A DNA stretch of 63,795 bases, the filler included, from Pelomyxa schiedti (Eukaryota; Protista; Evosea): NCBI GenBank assembly GCA_020536535.1. It is 13 parts of 13 records of this genome, joined end to end, with 100 filler letters (N's around TTAATTAATTAA, not from the genome) between each part and the next. Parts side by side here need not be neighbours in the genome. Positions count along the whole stretch, not along the records: positions 1 to 13,966 come from JAHLWZ010001178.1; positions 14,067 to 35,822 come from JAHLWZ010000700.1; 11 more parts are not named here. The stretch is one strand, 5' to 3'. The notes under the pieces are model-generated. The model was not told the DNA's origin. It worked only from the letters and a program-made list of their open reading frames with translations, and made no database searches. A program made the position numbers and the translations under genes. Shown here one piece after another: positions 9,295 to 21,594 of the stretch. Numbering within the stretch: the first letter of the stretch is position 1; each line of letters starts with the position of its first letter.

Positions 9295-12121
9295 ATGATG
9301 CGTTCGGTGTCGCCGCTTGAACCAGCAGCAGCTACTACTACTACGATGCGGCAGCAGCGACAGACGCCGACGACCCCGATGCGCGGTGCTGTGGGCGGCA
9401 GCGCCTCCCCGTCCGCCAGGCGACGCCCCACAACAACAACAACAACGGGCACCTCAATCGACCCGCTGTCGATCGCAGTCGACAACGACGAAGACGCGCG
9501 ATCATTTATCGCGCCAAGTAGCATCACCAACAACCCCAACAACAGCAACAACAATGTAATGAATAGCAACCAACAACCAAGGCAACAGCATCAGCAACAG
9601 CAACAGCCGGGACGGTGTGGGTCGCTCACGCAACAACCGCCGGCGATTACGCTGAGGCCACAGACCCTGCCCTTCCCACCACCTTCGACTCCTTTGTGTG
9701 TGGGTGCAAGCCACTCCAAGACCGGGGGGGGGGAGGGGCTGCTGCAGTCGTCGTCGATGTCGGCGCCCAGGACACACAACCACGCCCCCCACGCCGCCAT
9801 AATCCCGGTTGCTCCCAACACTGAACGGCGCCCACAGGGGGGCCCAAAGTCCGTGGATTCCTTGCTAGGAGACTTGCTTAATAACGTGAGGAACAAGAAA
9901 ATCAAAAGTCTACGTATGTATCTTTTTGCTCGATTCCACGTCGAGCCCTAGAAACTTTATCTTTAATATATGTCTTTATACACCATTTTTTATGTTTGTG
10001 AATCTTAATTCCTTCATAGCCCCAAGAATTGGTCTGAAGAAGGGTGACATTCAAAAGGTTAGCGGACTCCAATTTGTGATCTTCCTTTGATAATTTAATA
10101 GGCACAGTCACCTTCACTCCGTGGACTCCAACTTATTAGCCGTGAGGATGTTAAAAAATGTAAAAAGCCCACCAAGTCCTTCTCCTCTAATCTGTAATTC
10201 AGTGGGCACTCTTAAGGAGATTCAACATGGAATGAAGTTTGATCAGTCACGGTCGGAATGGGAGGGTAATGAGGACGACCTGGAACAGTTCCCCCAGGAT
10301 TTACGCAGCATTAGACCTCTTGGACCCCAAACAGGTGTGTGCCATTCATTGTACATCACCCACTCAACGTTCTCAGTTCCCCCAAACAAGAACGGCATGC
10401 AATACGACCCAGTGAACAAAGTCTGGAATGGCAACCAAGATATGCTTGCCACTTTCGAGAAGAAACAACTTGGAGTTATTGGGCCACTTACAGTGTCGTC
10501 AGTTCATTTCAAGTTTGTACCTCCACAGGCTGCAACTACAGGCATGAAGTATGATGAAGAAAAGAAAATGTGGATAGGAAACGCTGAAGGTATCTTTAGT
10601 TGGAACCTTCTTCTTTCTTATTGGAAAGCAGAAGATGACGTATTTGCCGATATAGACACTGCTTTCCTATCAGAGCCAGGTTGGTACTTCATTTTGATAT
10701 TCTTGCACTCAAGCCTGCACTTTAGTGAAGGAGAACGAGCTTCCTGATTTTAGTCTTTCCCAGGATCAAATCAACTTGTTCCGGCGCTGTGGTTCGTCCA
10801 AACAGATTCTTCACAGTTTAATTTCTCTCTAGAAATTGTAAATGAAGAAGATATGCGGGGTTGGATTGTTTTATCAGGGCAGCTTGTCCCGCATACACAA
10901 GCACAGCTTAGCTCGTTGTCTGTACTTCGAGAGGTGTAAACCCTCAAATATTGTTACTTTTTCGAACTAAAGAAGTAACAGTTTGCTTGGATAAAAGTTA
11001 TTGAAACTCATAAACGCAAAATGCGAGTTGCACAGGGTTTACCAGCAGACCCAGAATCTGAGGTTGTTGAAGAAAGAATTTTGGATGCCCCAGTTGAAGA
11101 TGACTACTCCAACGACTTCGAGGTTCCAGATAGCGTCTTGAAACTCCAGCCTACATCGCGGGGTGAAAACCCCAACGTTGAGGCGCTTTACAGTGTGCCG
11201 GAAGTCGTATCACGAGTCACCAAACTGCCACATAAACTATCCTCTGTCCCACCAGTAGCATCCTCAACCTTCACCTCCACAAAGCCAGAGTCTCTAGAAG
11301 AGGTCACTGGGCTCGTGGTCAATGATAATTTCAATCCAATCCCACTGTATGTCTGATTCCCAAATCAGTGATAATTCTCTCATCTTCCGCTTTTACAGGC
11401 AAAAGGAAAATTCTCACCCTGATACTATTGATGTAAGTGAAGTTGACCCCAAGGAGGATGATACCAGTACTAATTCTTTGATTCATTCAAATTTGTTTAA
11501 CTTTCCGGCAGTTGATGACGAATCTGTTGGTCTTGAAGTCTCTTCAAGTACACACTTGGAAGCGCCAGTAGTAAATACCCTGAACAAACTTGCCGTCTCT
11601 GATGAAGTGAACTTTGGAGTCGACCCCCCTCGCCTTGCCAACTTCACTGAAATGAAACCGGCTTCTAGCAGACATCCTCCCAGCAACCTGGTGCTCATAA
11701 AGCCACCGCCCATAGCCAGTGACAACGAAGAGGATTGGCTTGGCCTTGAGCTTCCCGGTAAACTTCTCCCCGGTTTTATTCCTCATTACTAATATTACCC
11801 AAAAAAAAAGAGAATGACAAAATGACCATGGTGGGCAGTTCCGCTCCATCCCGGAAGCTGCATGATGCATCATCACACCGCACAGCTTCCTCTGTGTCAT
11901 CATCGCCGTCGCCGCGGCAGGTTTGCCCCACAGACACAGAGGAGTCATGGGAGACATCATTCGACCATGTGCCGGCTGTTCTGCAGGTGAGCTCCCGTGT
12001 TGATGACTCTGACACATCGGGGCTTGACATCCCGCCGGTACTGATGCTCCGTCACCCAGTCCGCCCGGCTGCAACCTGCATCACAGGCACAACCACCAGT
12101 GCCGTGGCTGTGCACTCTTGA
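9295..12121 (+). CDS. Byr4/Bfa1-like protein (GAP scaffold subunit), spliced, with low-complexity termini
   Basis: Three repeats GMKFDQSRSEWEGNE, GMQYDPVNKVWNGN, GMKYDEEKKMWIGN (10228-10585), followed by DDVFADI and FSLSQDQINLFRRC..EEDMRGW, resembling the Byr4/Bfa1 repeat region. The 3' end is approximate. Confidence 0.6.
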
Positions 12122-12336
12122 AGACACCTACCCCTGACTCTCTGTGAATAGGCCACAAGAAATTTTGTTCTTCAAAACTGCTACTACGACACTGACACAG
12201 ACTACACTTCGGAACGGTATGATTGCGTTTCGGAGTGGACTTCCACCTTTCTACATTCTGAAAGAGAAAAAAAAACCGTTGAAAGGTGTTGTCGATCAAA
12301 ATGATGCGGGAACTGTTTGGTGGTCCAGGTGCCACG

Positions 12337-13337
12337 ATGCCGCCACCCGACCACGTTGCGTGGGCAGAGCACCAGTGTGCGCAGGGGGAATTGTGGGACG
12401 TTGCGCGTCGGCGTCGCCGTTGCCGTTGCGGGTGCTGCCACACCAGTCTTGTGCCACGAAATCGGCAGAAACTGGATCATGGGCGTGGCAAAGAGCGTGC
12501 TTGTGACCTTGCGAGATTCCTCCAAGGAGAACTACGAGGCACTTTGGTTTGTTTGCATCTCGCACACCCTGGGTGTGGTTTCAATCGAATGTGACTTCAG
12601 AAAGACCAGTGCGTGCATTTTTGGGTGGGTTGGCCACTACCACGTGGCTACCTTCGAAGGGCTCTGGGGGACGGGCACCCCATCCGCGATGAGGGAGACA
12701 ACACAGGGGTGGTGAGTAACGCGCGGTGGCAGCTGGTGTACAACTCTTTCGGTGGGAAAACGGTTGCAATCTGGCCAAAACCGCTGCCACCGGCAACCAA
12801 CAGCACAACTTCAGGGAGAGCAGATTTGGTGAGAAGTGTGGTTATCAAAGAGGTGAAACAAGTGCAATGGATCGACGCAACTCTGGGTGGCAGTGATGCC
12901 AACATTGTGGCATTTGCAGTGTGGACGGTACACAAGGGGGCACTGTGGATTGTTGACTTGGAGAAAACATACCAGCAGAGCGGGTGAGCCGCAGACTCAA
13001 CCACTACCCAGCTGGTCCTCACATCCAACCTTCATGATTGACATTGACACAAAACAAGCTGTGAGGAGTTTCATGTGGTTGGGTGGAAAGATTGATGAGA
13101 GCCACGTCTATGAGGTTTCTTCCACAGGGGCTCTGAGCATTTTTGCTGCCAACTGACACCCCCTGCCATGTTTACCAGGGGACCTCAGATTCTCAGTGTA
13201 TGACAGACAATGGGTTGATCGCATTTCAAGGATTCCACCACGTCAACCTCATTGATGCCGTAACAGGCTGTAGCTTGTGGAGTCAACCCGTGCCAACTCT
13301 GACTTCCCATCATGTACTCACACTCCAGTCTCTTTGA
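12337..13337 (+). pseudogene. Frameshifted member of the 'QFxA-RCG-SPA / DAxTG' family
   Basis: MPPPDHVAWAEHQ (cf. PPPATHVAWARDQ at 1332), LCHEIGRNWIMG, LWIVDLEKTY and NLIDAVTGCSLW lie in successive different reading frames, separated by stops. Confidence 0.7.
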
Positions 13338-13966
13338 AGGTCACTTAAGAAATGGACAGTATTTGCTTTTCTTTTGAATGAGGGTTGCCCCTCAATACAA
13401 AAATACGTGATCAAAGCGCATTTGATGACGACCAGGAGCACGGTTGCTCATTAGTAAAAGGCGAATGACAAAAACGTTATGTGCCTGGCCCTGCGCCGGT
13501 GATTATTTATTGTGTTGTCCCTTCGCTCTTTAACCCCCTCCCGACCAATCCACATTATGGGTAAGGTATCGAACCTGTGAAATGTGCATCATTTCACCAG
13601 CAGTTCAAACTTGAAGGGGAATTTGATTTTTTGTTTTCTCTGCTACATGAGAGGAAACTCAAATCAGTGGCCCACTTCCTGACACTTTTCCTTTTTAAGA
13701 AATATGGGGGTTGGAATTTTATTTCTTTCTTACTTGGAGCTCAAATAACTCTGAAAATACGCATCCCTCTGAGCAGAAAACCCTGGGGCCTGCTAACTGG
13801 CACGCCAGGGTGACTGTGGTTCATCCCGATTTCCATGAAACTGAAAAAAAAAAATCGGTTTGATCACAAGCAGGTGCCGTCGGCGCCGACGGTGGCAACA
13901 ACTGCCACTTTAAGTTTTTATTTGGCGGGAAAATTGCAGTCATGGGACGAGTGTGTACTCTTTGGT

Positions 13967-14066
13967 NNNNNNNNNNNNNNNNNNNNNNNNNNNNNNNNNN
14001 NNNNNNNNNNTTAATTAATTAANNNNNNNNNNNNNNNNNNNNNNNNNNNNNNNNNNNNNNNNNNNN
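13967..14066. other. Artificial contig linker N44-TTAATTAATTAA-N44
   Basis: Six-frame-stop linker. The same linker recurs at 35823-35922, 43098-43197, 46985-47084, 49052-49151, 50589-50688, 51771-51870, 54082-54181, 56633-56732, 59219-59318, 61039-61138 and 62688-62787. Plain 100-N scaffold gaps occur at 14744-14843, 20827-20926 and 41108-41207. Confidence 0.98.
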
Positions 14067-14743
14067 TCGACCCTGAAATCACCTTCTTTGAAAACCTGCG
14101 AGCCTCTTCAAGCACTGAGAAGGGAGGACATGAAGGCACTTTATCCTCACAAAAGGGTCACAACACAGTCGTGTGCATTGGGTGTGATGGTGTTGTTTCA
14201 TCAGGCGTGTGCCCTGAGAAGTGCAAAGTGGTTGGGACGGAGCAGCTCTTCCGAATTGGAGTGACCAGTGAAATTGAACTTGTTCCGTTTGACAATGTTG
14301 GAAATCCCTGTTCTCCCATTGATCCTGTCATCTCTGTGGTGCCCTCTTCGTGCAACATCAGTTCGTTTTTCCTGTTCTTTCTGCTTTCGAACACTCACTC
14401 CAAAATCCAGGTGTGAAAAGGAAAGCTGCATTCAGTGACTCTTCTTCTTCTTCTGCTGCTGCTGCTTCACAACCACCAGCAGCAGAGCCTTCATCAGCAT
14501 CGTCACTTCCGACACCAGTTTCGTTCATAATTTCAGTTGCACCCACTGAATCAGGGAAACACCATGTTTCCATCAGCTTTGGTTCCGCACAGTGCTTGAA
14601 AGTTGAGTTTCGTGCACATGCGAGGGCTTGTGCAACCAACAGCAAACTCACGGCTCTTTGCAATCGGCTGTCATATCCAACTGACTTTGTTGTTGGTGAC
14701 AATGCCAACAAAGGAACCCCATGTGCCGAGATATCTCTTGTGG
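14067..14743 (+). CDS. TRIM-like gene, copy 0 (internal fragment, filamin/Ig region)
   Basis: Near-identical to 16251-16921 and 19938-20611. Cut by the contig start and by an N gap. Confidence 0.8.
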
Positions 14744-14843
14744 NNNNNNNNNNNNNNNNNNNNNNNNNNNNNNNNNNNNNNNNNNNNNNNNNNNNNNNNN
14801 NNNNNNNNNNNNNNNNNNNNNNNNNNNNNNNNNNNNNNNNNNN

Positions 14844-17800
14844 GCCAGCGGAGACAACAACGCGAGGCCCATGGGGGAGGGCGGGCCCTTCGACGGGGTG
14901 CCGCGGCGGCTGGACTGCCTGCACTCGTTCTGCACCGGGTGCCTGCGTGGCCTCATCGCGGCACCCCCACGAGGGGGCGGCGGTCCCGGTTGCACAACTA
15001 CTACCGCGGCAGCGAGCAGTGAGAGCAACAACAACAAGAGCAAGAACAAGGGGAGCGAGGAGAAGGGAGGCGCGGAGTGCCCATTGTGCGGGCTCGTGAC
15101 TCCAATCCCTGACTGCGGTGAGTATATTTTGTGTTGGTGTTTTTTTGTGCGCCGAGGAGGAGCGATTGTGGTTTGTGGGTTTGGTTTTTGGGGAACTGAA
15201 CTTGGTTCTTTTTTTATTATTTTTGGGGGGAGCAGGTCTGAGAGGATTCTTGGTCGATTTTCATATTGTGAGGCAGATAGAAGTGTCCCAGCCCATGTGC
15301 AACCAGTGCGAAAAGAAAAACAAGCAGATTCCAGGCATTGCGTGGTGTCCCCAATGTGCCAAATTTATGTGCAAGGAGCACAAGACCTTTCACGACGGCT
15401 TCATGGAGGTTAATTCCCTCATCACTTCAAACTTCCACCTCATTTTATTCTCTTTCCTCTTTTGGACCAATTCACACAGGATCACATCACTGTCCCAGCA
15501 GGAAACAAACCTGAGGGAGAAGGCAAAATCGTACCACAAAACAACAAACCAATTTTTTGTGAGAACCACCCAGATCAAGAACTCACTTTCTTATGCAGCT
15601 GCAAAAAGGTCCGAGCAAGCAGGTGGCTTCATTTGTTTATTAACTTGACTGCAGATTATCTGCAGAGACTGTGCTATTCTCTCACATCGTTCGTGCACCC
15701 AACCAGTTGTTGCTCTCGAAGCAGTCAAAGAAAACCTCAGTGAAATTGAACAACTCACCAAAAATATCAAATCTCGTATTCCTGAGGTCAATGAAGGTTT
15801 GTCCTCAAGTATATATGACAAGGAGCGAACTCATCCAAAGGAATTTCATCACTTGAGCGAACCTTGGCACTTGTGGATGAAAACGCAAAGAAAACCAAGA
15901 AGGAAATCGAAATGCACATGAGCTTGCTGCATGAAGCAGTGAACAACCGGCACCTTGCATTGAACAAGGAAGTTGAAGAGTTGTCAAGTCAAAAGATCGC
16001 TGCTCTTGTTGCCCAGAAAGAACGAATCTCAATGGTATCTATATTTATAGATGGAGATGCAAACGCGCAAGCCACAATTTCTTTCTTTGGCTCACACGAA
16101 ACAAGGTGGGAATTCAAATGACACAGGCAACAAAAGTTGCAGACACGCTGACGGAATGGAGTCCCGTTGAAGTTCTCCTCACACAAACCAAGATCAAGGA
16201 ATGTGCAAACCACCTTCTTCAATTTCCATCTTCATCCATGGTTCCTGTTGTCGACCCTGAAATCACCTTCTTTGGAAACCTGCGAGCCTCTTCAAGCACT
16301 GAGAAGGGAGAACATGATGATATCCCATCCTCACAAAAGGGTCACAACACAGTGATGTGCATTGGGTGTGACGGTGTTGTTTCCTCAGGCGTGTGCCCTG
16401 AGAAGTGCAAAGTGGTTGGGACGGAACAGCTCTTCCGAATTGGAGTGACCAGTGAAATTGAACTTGTTCCGTTTGACAATGTTGGAAATCCCTGTTCTCC
16501 CATTGATCCTGTCATCTCTGCGGTGCCCTCTTCGTGCAACATCAGTTCGTTTTTCCCGTTCTTTCTGCTTTCGAACACTCACTCCAAAATCCAGGTGTGA
16601 AAAGGAAAGCTGCATTCAGTGACTCTTCTTCTTCTGCTGCTGCTTCACAACCAGCAGCAGCGGAGCCTTCATCAGCATTGTCACTTCCGACACCAGTTTC
16701 GTTCATAATTTCAGTTGCACCCACCGAATCAGGGAAACACCACGTTTCCATCAGCTTTGGTTCCGCGCAGTGCTTGAAAGTTGAGTTTCGTGCACATGCA
16801 AGGGCTTGTGCAACCAACAGCAAACTCACGGCTCTTTGCAATCGGCTGTCATATCCAACTGACTTTGTTGTTGGTGACAATGCCAACAAAGGAACCCCAT
16901 GTGCCGAGATATCTCTTGTGGATGCTGATGGGGAACCTTATTCACATGGTGATGTTACTCCCGTTCTCACTGCGTGGCTTGTCACTCAAAGAGGAGACAA
17001 GATTCCACTGAGCACTCACCTGTCACAAGGAGCCAGGCCTGGTGTTCTCAGTGTGGCACTCGGTGTCGATCTCCAGCAGCAACAAACCATCACAGCCGGC
17101 AATGTGGAAGTTCAAGCAGCACTGACTGATGGCAACCTCACAGGGAGCCCCCTCAGAGGGATGCCAGTGTGGAAGGGTCCTTCTGCCACCAAGTCGACTC
17201 TCGTTGTCCAGTTGGCCAACACAACCAAAGCCACGGCCACACTGCAGCTTCGCGATGCATCCGGCGCGAACATGACAGCCGAAGCCATCGAGGCCATGCA
17301 AGTCAGTGTCACAGCCACTTGCACCGTGGCCAACAAGCCCGTCACCGCCAAGGTGGCAGCCGACACAGCCAGCGGCGGCAGCTTCGCGGTCGAGTGCGGG
17401 CCCTTCACGGAGTTCGGGGAGGCCACAGTGGTTGTGCAAGTGGCGTCGCCGATCGGCGTGGAGGGGTCCGACTCGCCGCCTTCGTTCACTGTGTCGGCGC
17501 GTGCTGCGATACAGAGGGACCTGTCGTGGATGGAAACGACGGACCAGTGTAGGGGTTTCAGGCAGTGCACGTACAACCCCAGGGTGAGGTTCGCCGTGGC
17601 CAAGGACACGACGTGGGACAAGGACCGCGTGTATGACTGCCCCCCGGGTTACCACTGGGCATCAACCGCCGAGGGTAAGGCCATATTCACAAGTTCCTCT
17701 CAAAACACTGTGTATGCATACTACGGTCAGGGAGGGTGGTCTGGCTACGAGTGGGGTGGGAAGACACGGTACTACTTCAGGTTCAGTGACTCAAAGCAGA

Positions 17801-17901
17801 CAAATGCGTACAAGCATGCAGGCAACCACGAAGAGTACCTAGTTGGAGAAAACGGTGAGACTTCAACCTTCGCGGGGATTGTGTGCATCACTGACACGTA
17901 G
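14844..17901 (+). CDS. TRIM-like E3 ligase, copy A: RING, two B-boxes, coiled coil, 3 filamin/Ig-like repeats, C-terminal CLec-like domain (5' end in gap)
   Basis: RING half RLDCLHSFCTGC...CPLC. B-box1 CNQC..WCPQCAKFMCKEHKTFH. B-box2 CENHPDQELTFLCSCKKIICRDCAILSH. Coiled coil (KEIEMHMSLLHEAVNNRHLALNKEV). Ig repeats CPEKCKV..FDNVGN, CATNSKL..VDADGE, SATKSTL..RDASGA. Stop at 17901. Confidence 0.85.
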
Positions 17902-18647
17902 TTAACACCACGGTACCTCCTGCTTTATCACAGTCCTCCTACTCATCGGGAATTATCCCCCAGACTTCCATAACATAGGCCCAGGCTGCAGCGCTCCTCT
18001 ATGGCTGCAATAACTTCGATTTTTATCAGTATGAATACAAAAAAGATAACACAGATGGACCACCCAAGTTGTTGTGGGAAGTCGTTCACTTATTGGAGAA
18101 TAGCCATAATTATGGTTGTTCTCATATGTTATGTTTGCTTATATGTGTGCTTGTGTGGGATGTGTAGTTTGTTGTGTGACGGCAAAGCCAGAGAACAAGA
18201 ACGAGATAAAGAAAGAGATTCTATTATTTGTTCTGTTTGTTTGTTGTTAGTTTTGATTTGTAAGGTTTGAGTCGATTCTAAGGTCGAGGAGTGTGTCGGG
18301 CTGAGAAGGACTGGTAGATTTCCGCGAACTTGATTTCCTAAGTTGTCAGTCCGAGTGTTCAGCAGGTCTCGGTGGTCGTGCTTGCAGAGAGTTTGCTTGT
18401 GTATTCTACAGAATCACACATATATTACAACTTTGTATTGTGTAAATAGTTAAGACAAAGTCAGAGGGTTTATAAGGGTCGGTTGAGCATGAACTCGCTG
18501 GTTCCTGTGAATGGTCATTCTTAGTTGGCCAACTTGGCGCAAGCCATCATCACTCCTCACAATTTCCGTCGCCCGCGGCCACCCGTCCTACAAGGCAATC
18601 ACACCAATTGGGAAAAGATACGGAAGAGGGCTCGAAGCAACAGACAC

Positions 18648-21594
18648 ATGAACAGCGGAGCAGGGAGCACAACAACCACGGAGGACAACACACACTTGTG
18701 TTGTTCCATGTGCCACGGCCACTTCACGCGGCCTCCCACAACATTGCTCGCCTGCGGTTTCGCACCCGCTGCCCCGACTCCCAACCAACCGCCGGCCAGC
18801 GGAGACAACAACGCGAGGTCCATGGGGGAGGGCGGGCCCTTCGACGGGGTGCCGCGGCGGCTGGACTGCCTGCACTCGTTCTGCACCGGGTGCCTGCGTG
18901 GCCTCATCGCGGCACCCCCACGAGGGGGCGGCGGCCCCGGTTGCACAACGACTACCGCGGCAGCGAGCAGTGAGAGCAACAACAACAAGAGCAAGAACAA
19001 GGGGAGCGAGGAGAAGGGAGGCGCGGAGTGCCCATTGTGCGGGCTCGTGACTCCAATCCCTGACTGCGGTGCGTGTGTATTAATATTGTGATTTTTATTG
19101 CGAGTTTCACATTTCCTTTTTTTATTATTATTTTTGGGGGAGCAGGTGCCAGAGGATTCTTGGTTGATTTTCATATTGTGAGGCAGATGGAACTGGCTCA
19201 GTCAAACAAAAACACACTGACTCCAGAAAAACAAATTTTCTGCGAGAGCCACCCAGATCAAGAACTCACGTTGTCATGCAGCTGCAAAAAGGTCCGAGCA
19301 AGCAGGTGGCTTCATTTGTTGTCAGTAACTTTACTGCAGATTATCTGCAGAGTTTGTGCAAGTCTCTCACATCGTTCGTGCACCCAACAAGTTCTTGCTC
19401 AAGATGCAGCCCAAGAAAACCTCGGCGAAATTGAACAACTCTCCAGAAATATCAAATCTCGTATTCCTGAGGTCAACGAAGGTTTGTTCTCAGTTTTCGA
19501 GATGACCAGGTCTCAACCCATCCAAAGGAATTTTATCACTTGAGCGAACCTTGGCACTTGTGGATGAAAACGCAAAGAAAACCAAGAAGGAGATCGAAAT
19601 GCACATGAACTTGCTGCATGAAGCAGTGAACAACCGGCACCTTGCATTGAACAAGGAAGTTGAAGAGTTGTCAAGTCAAAAGATCGCTGCTCTTGTTGCC
19701 CAGAAAGAACGAATCTCCATGGTATCTATATTTATAGATGGAGATGCAAACGCACAAGCCACAATTTCTTTCTTTGACTCACACGAAACAAGGTGGGAAT
19801 TCAAATGGCACAGGCAACAAAAGTTGCAGACACACTGACGGAATGGAGTCCCGTTGAGGTTCTCCTCACACAAACCAAGATCAAGGAATGTGCAAACCAC
19901 CTTCTTCAATTTCCATCTTCATCCATGGTTCCTGTTGTCGACCCTGAAATCACCTTCTTTGAAAACCTGCGAGCCTCTTCAAGCACTGAGAAGGGAGGAC
20001 ATGATGGCACTTTATCCTCACAAAAGGGTCACAACACAGTCGTGTGCATTGAGTGTGACGGTGTTGTTTCCTCAGGTGTGTGCCCTGAGAAGTGCAAAGT
20101 GGTTGGGACGGAGCAGCTCTTCCTAATTGGAGTGACCAGTGAAATTGAACTTGTTCCGTTTGACAATGTTGGCAATCCCTGTTCTCCCATTGATCCTGTC
20201 ATCTCTGTGGTGCCCTCTTCGTGCAACATCAGTTCGTTTTTCCCGTTCTTTCTGCTTTCGACGAACACTCACTCCAAAACCCAGGTGTGAAAAGGAAAGC
20301 TGCATTCAGTGACTCTTCTTCTTCTTCTTCTGTGGCTGCTTCACAACCAGCAGCAGCGGAGCCTTCATCAGCATCGTCACTTCCGACACCAGTTTCGTTC
20401 ATAATTTCAGTTGCACCCACCGAATCAGGGAAGCACAATGTTTCCATCAGCTTTGGTTCCGCACAGTGCTTGAAGGTTGAGTTTCGTGCACATGCAAGGG
20501 CTTGTGCAACCAACAGCAAACTCACGGCTCTTTGCAATCGGCTGTCATATCCAACTGACTTTGTTGTTGGTGAAAATAAAGGCACCCCATGTGCCGAGAT
20601 ATCTCTTGTGGATGCTGATGGGGAACCTTATTCACATGGTGATGTTACTCCCGTTCTCTCTGCATGGCTTGTCACTCAAAGAGGAGACAAGATTCCACTG
20701 AGCAGTCACCTGTCACAAGGAGCCAGGCCTGGTGTTCTCAGTGTGGCACTCGGTGTCGATCTCCAGCAGCAACAAACCATCACAGCCGGCAATGTGGAAG
20801 TTCAAGCAGCACTGACTGATGGCAACNNNNNNNNNNNNNNNNNNNNNNNNNNNNNNNNNNNNNNNNNNNNNNNNNNNNNNNNNNNNNNNNNNNNNNNNNN
20901 NNNNNNNNNNNNNNNNNNNNNNNNNNTTCGCGATGCATCCGGCGCGAACATGACAGCCGAAGCCATCGAGGCCATGCAAGTCAGTGTCACAGCCACTTGC
21001 ACCGTGGCCAACAAGCCCGTCACCGCCAAGGTGGCAGCCGACACAGCAGCAGCCAGCGGCGGCAGCTTCACGATCGAGTGCGGCCCCTTCACGGAGTTCG
21101 GGGAGGCCACAGTGGCTGTGCAAGTCGTGTCGCCGAGCGGCCTTGGGGGGTCCGACGCCCCGCAGTCGTTCACTGTGTCGGCCCGTGCTGTGATACCCAG
21201 CAGGGACCTGTCGTGGATGGACACCACGGACTTCTGCCACGGATTCCGGCAGTGCACGTACAACCCCAGGGTGAGGTTCGCCGTGGCCAAGGACACGACG
21301 TGGGACAAGGACCGCGTGTATGACTGCCCCCCGGGTTACCACTGGGCATCAACCGCCGAGGGCCAAGCCGTATTCAAGCGCGGCTACAGCGACGACACTG
21401 GCCCGAACGTGTACTATGGCGAGGGAGGGTGGTCTGGCTACGAGTGGGGCGACAAGAGACGTTACTACTTCAGGTTCAGCGACTCGAAGCAGACAGCGGC
21501 GTGCAAGCATGCGGGCGAGTGTGACATGCACATGGTGGAGTGCACCGACAGCATTGCGCACTTTGCAGGGATTGTGTGCATCACTGACACGTAG
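18648..21594 (+). CDS. TRIM-like E3 ligase, copy B: RING, one B-box, coiled coil, 3 filamin/Ig-like repeats, C-terminal CLec-like domain
   Basis: ATG 18648. C3HC4 RING CSMC...CLHSFCTGC...CPLC with low-complexity inserts. B-box CESHPDQELTLSCSCKKIICRVCASLSH. Otherwise collinear with copy A, introns included. Confidence 0.85.

Noticed and set aside
13967-14066. Recurrent TTAATTAATTAA motif as a biological element
   Set aside because: It is always centred in 44+44 Ns: an artificial six-frame-stop contig linker.
18069-18420. Solo LTR between TRIM copies A and B (TGTTG...CACA)
   Set aside because: No target-site duplication, second copy, primer-binding site or polypurine tract could be shown within the window.
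17670-21594. Diversity-generating retroelement (TR/VR pair) acting on the CLec-like TRIM heads
   Set aside because: Differences between the two 3' ends are not confined to adenines, include an indel and many synonymous T/C changes, and both copies are coding. No reverse transcriptase is present in the window.
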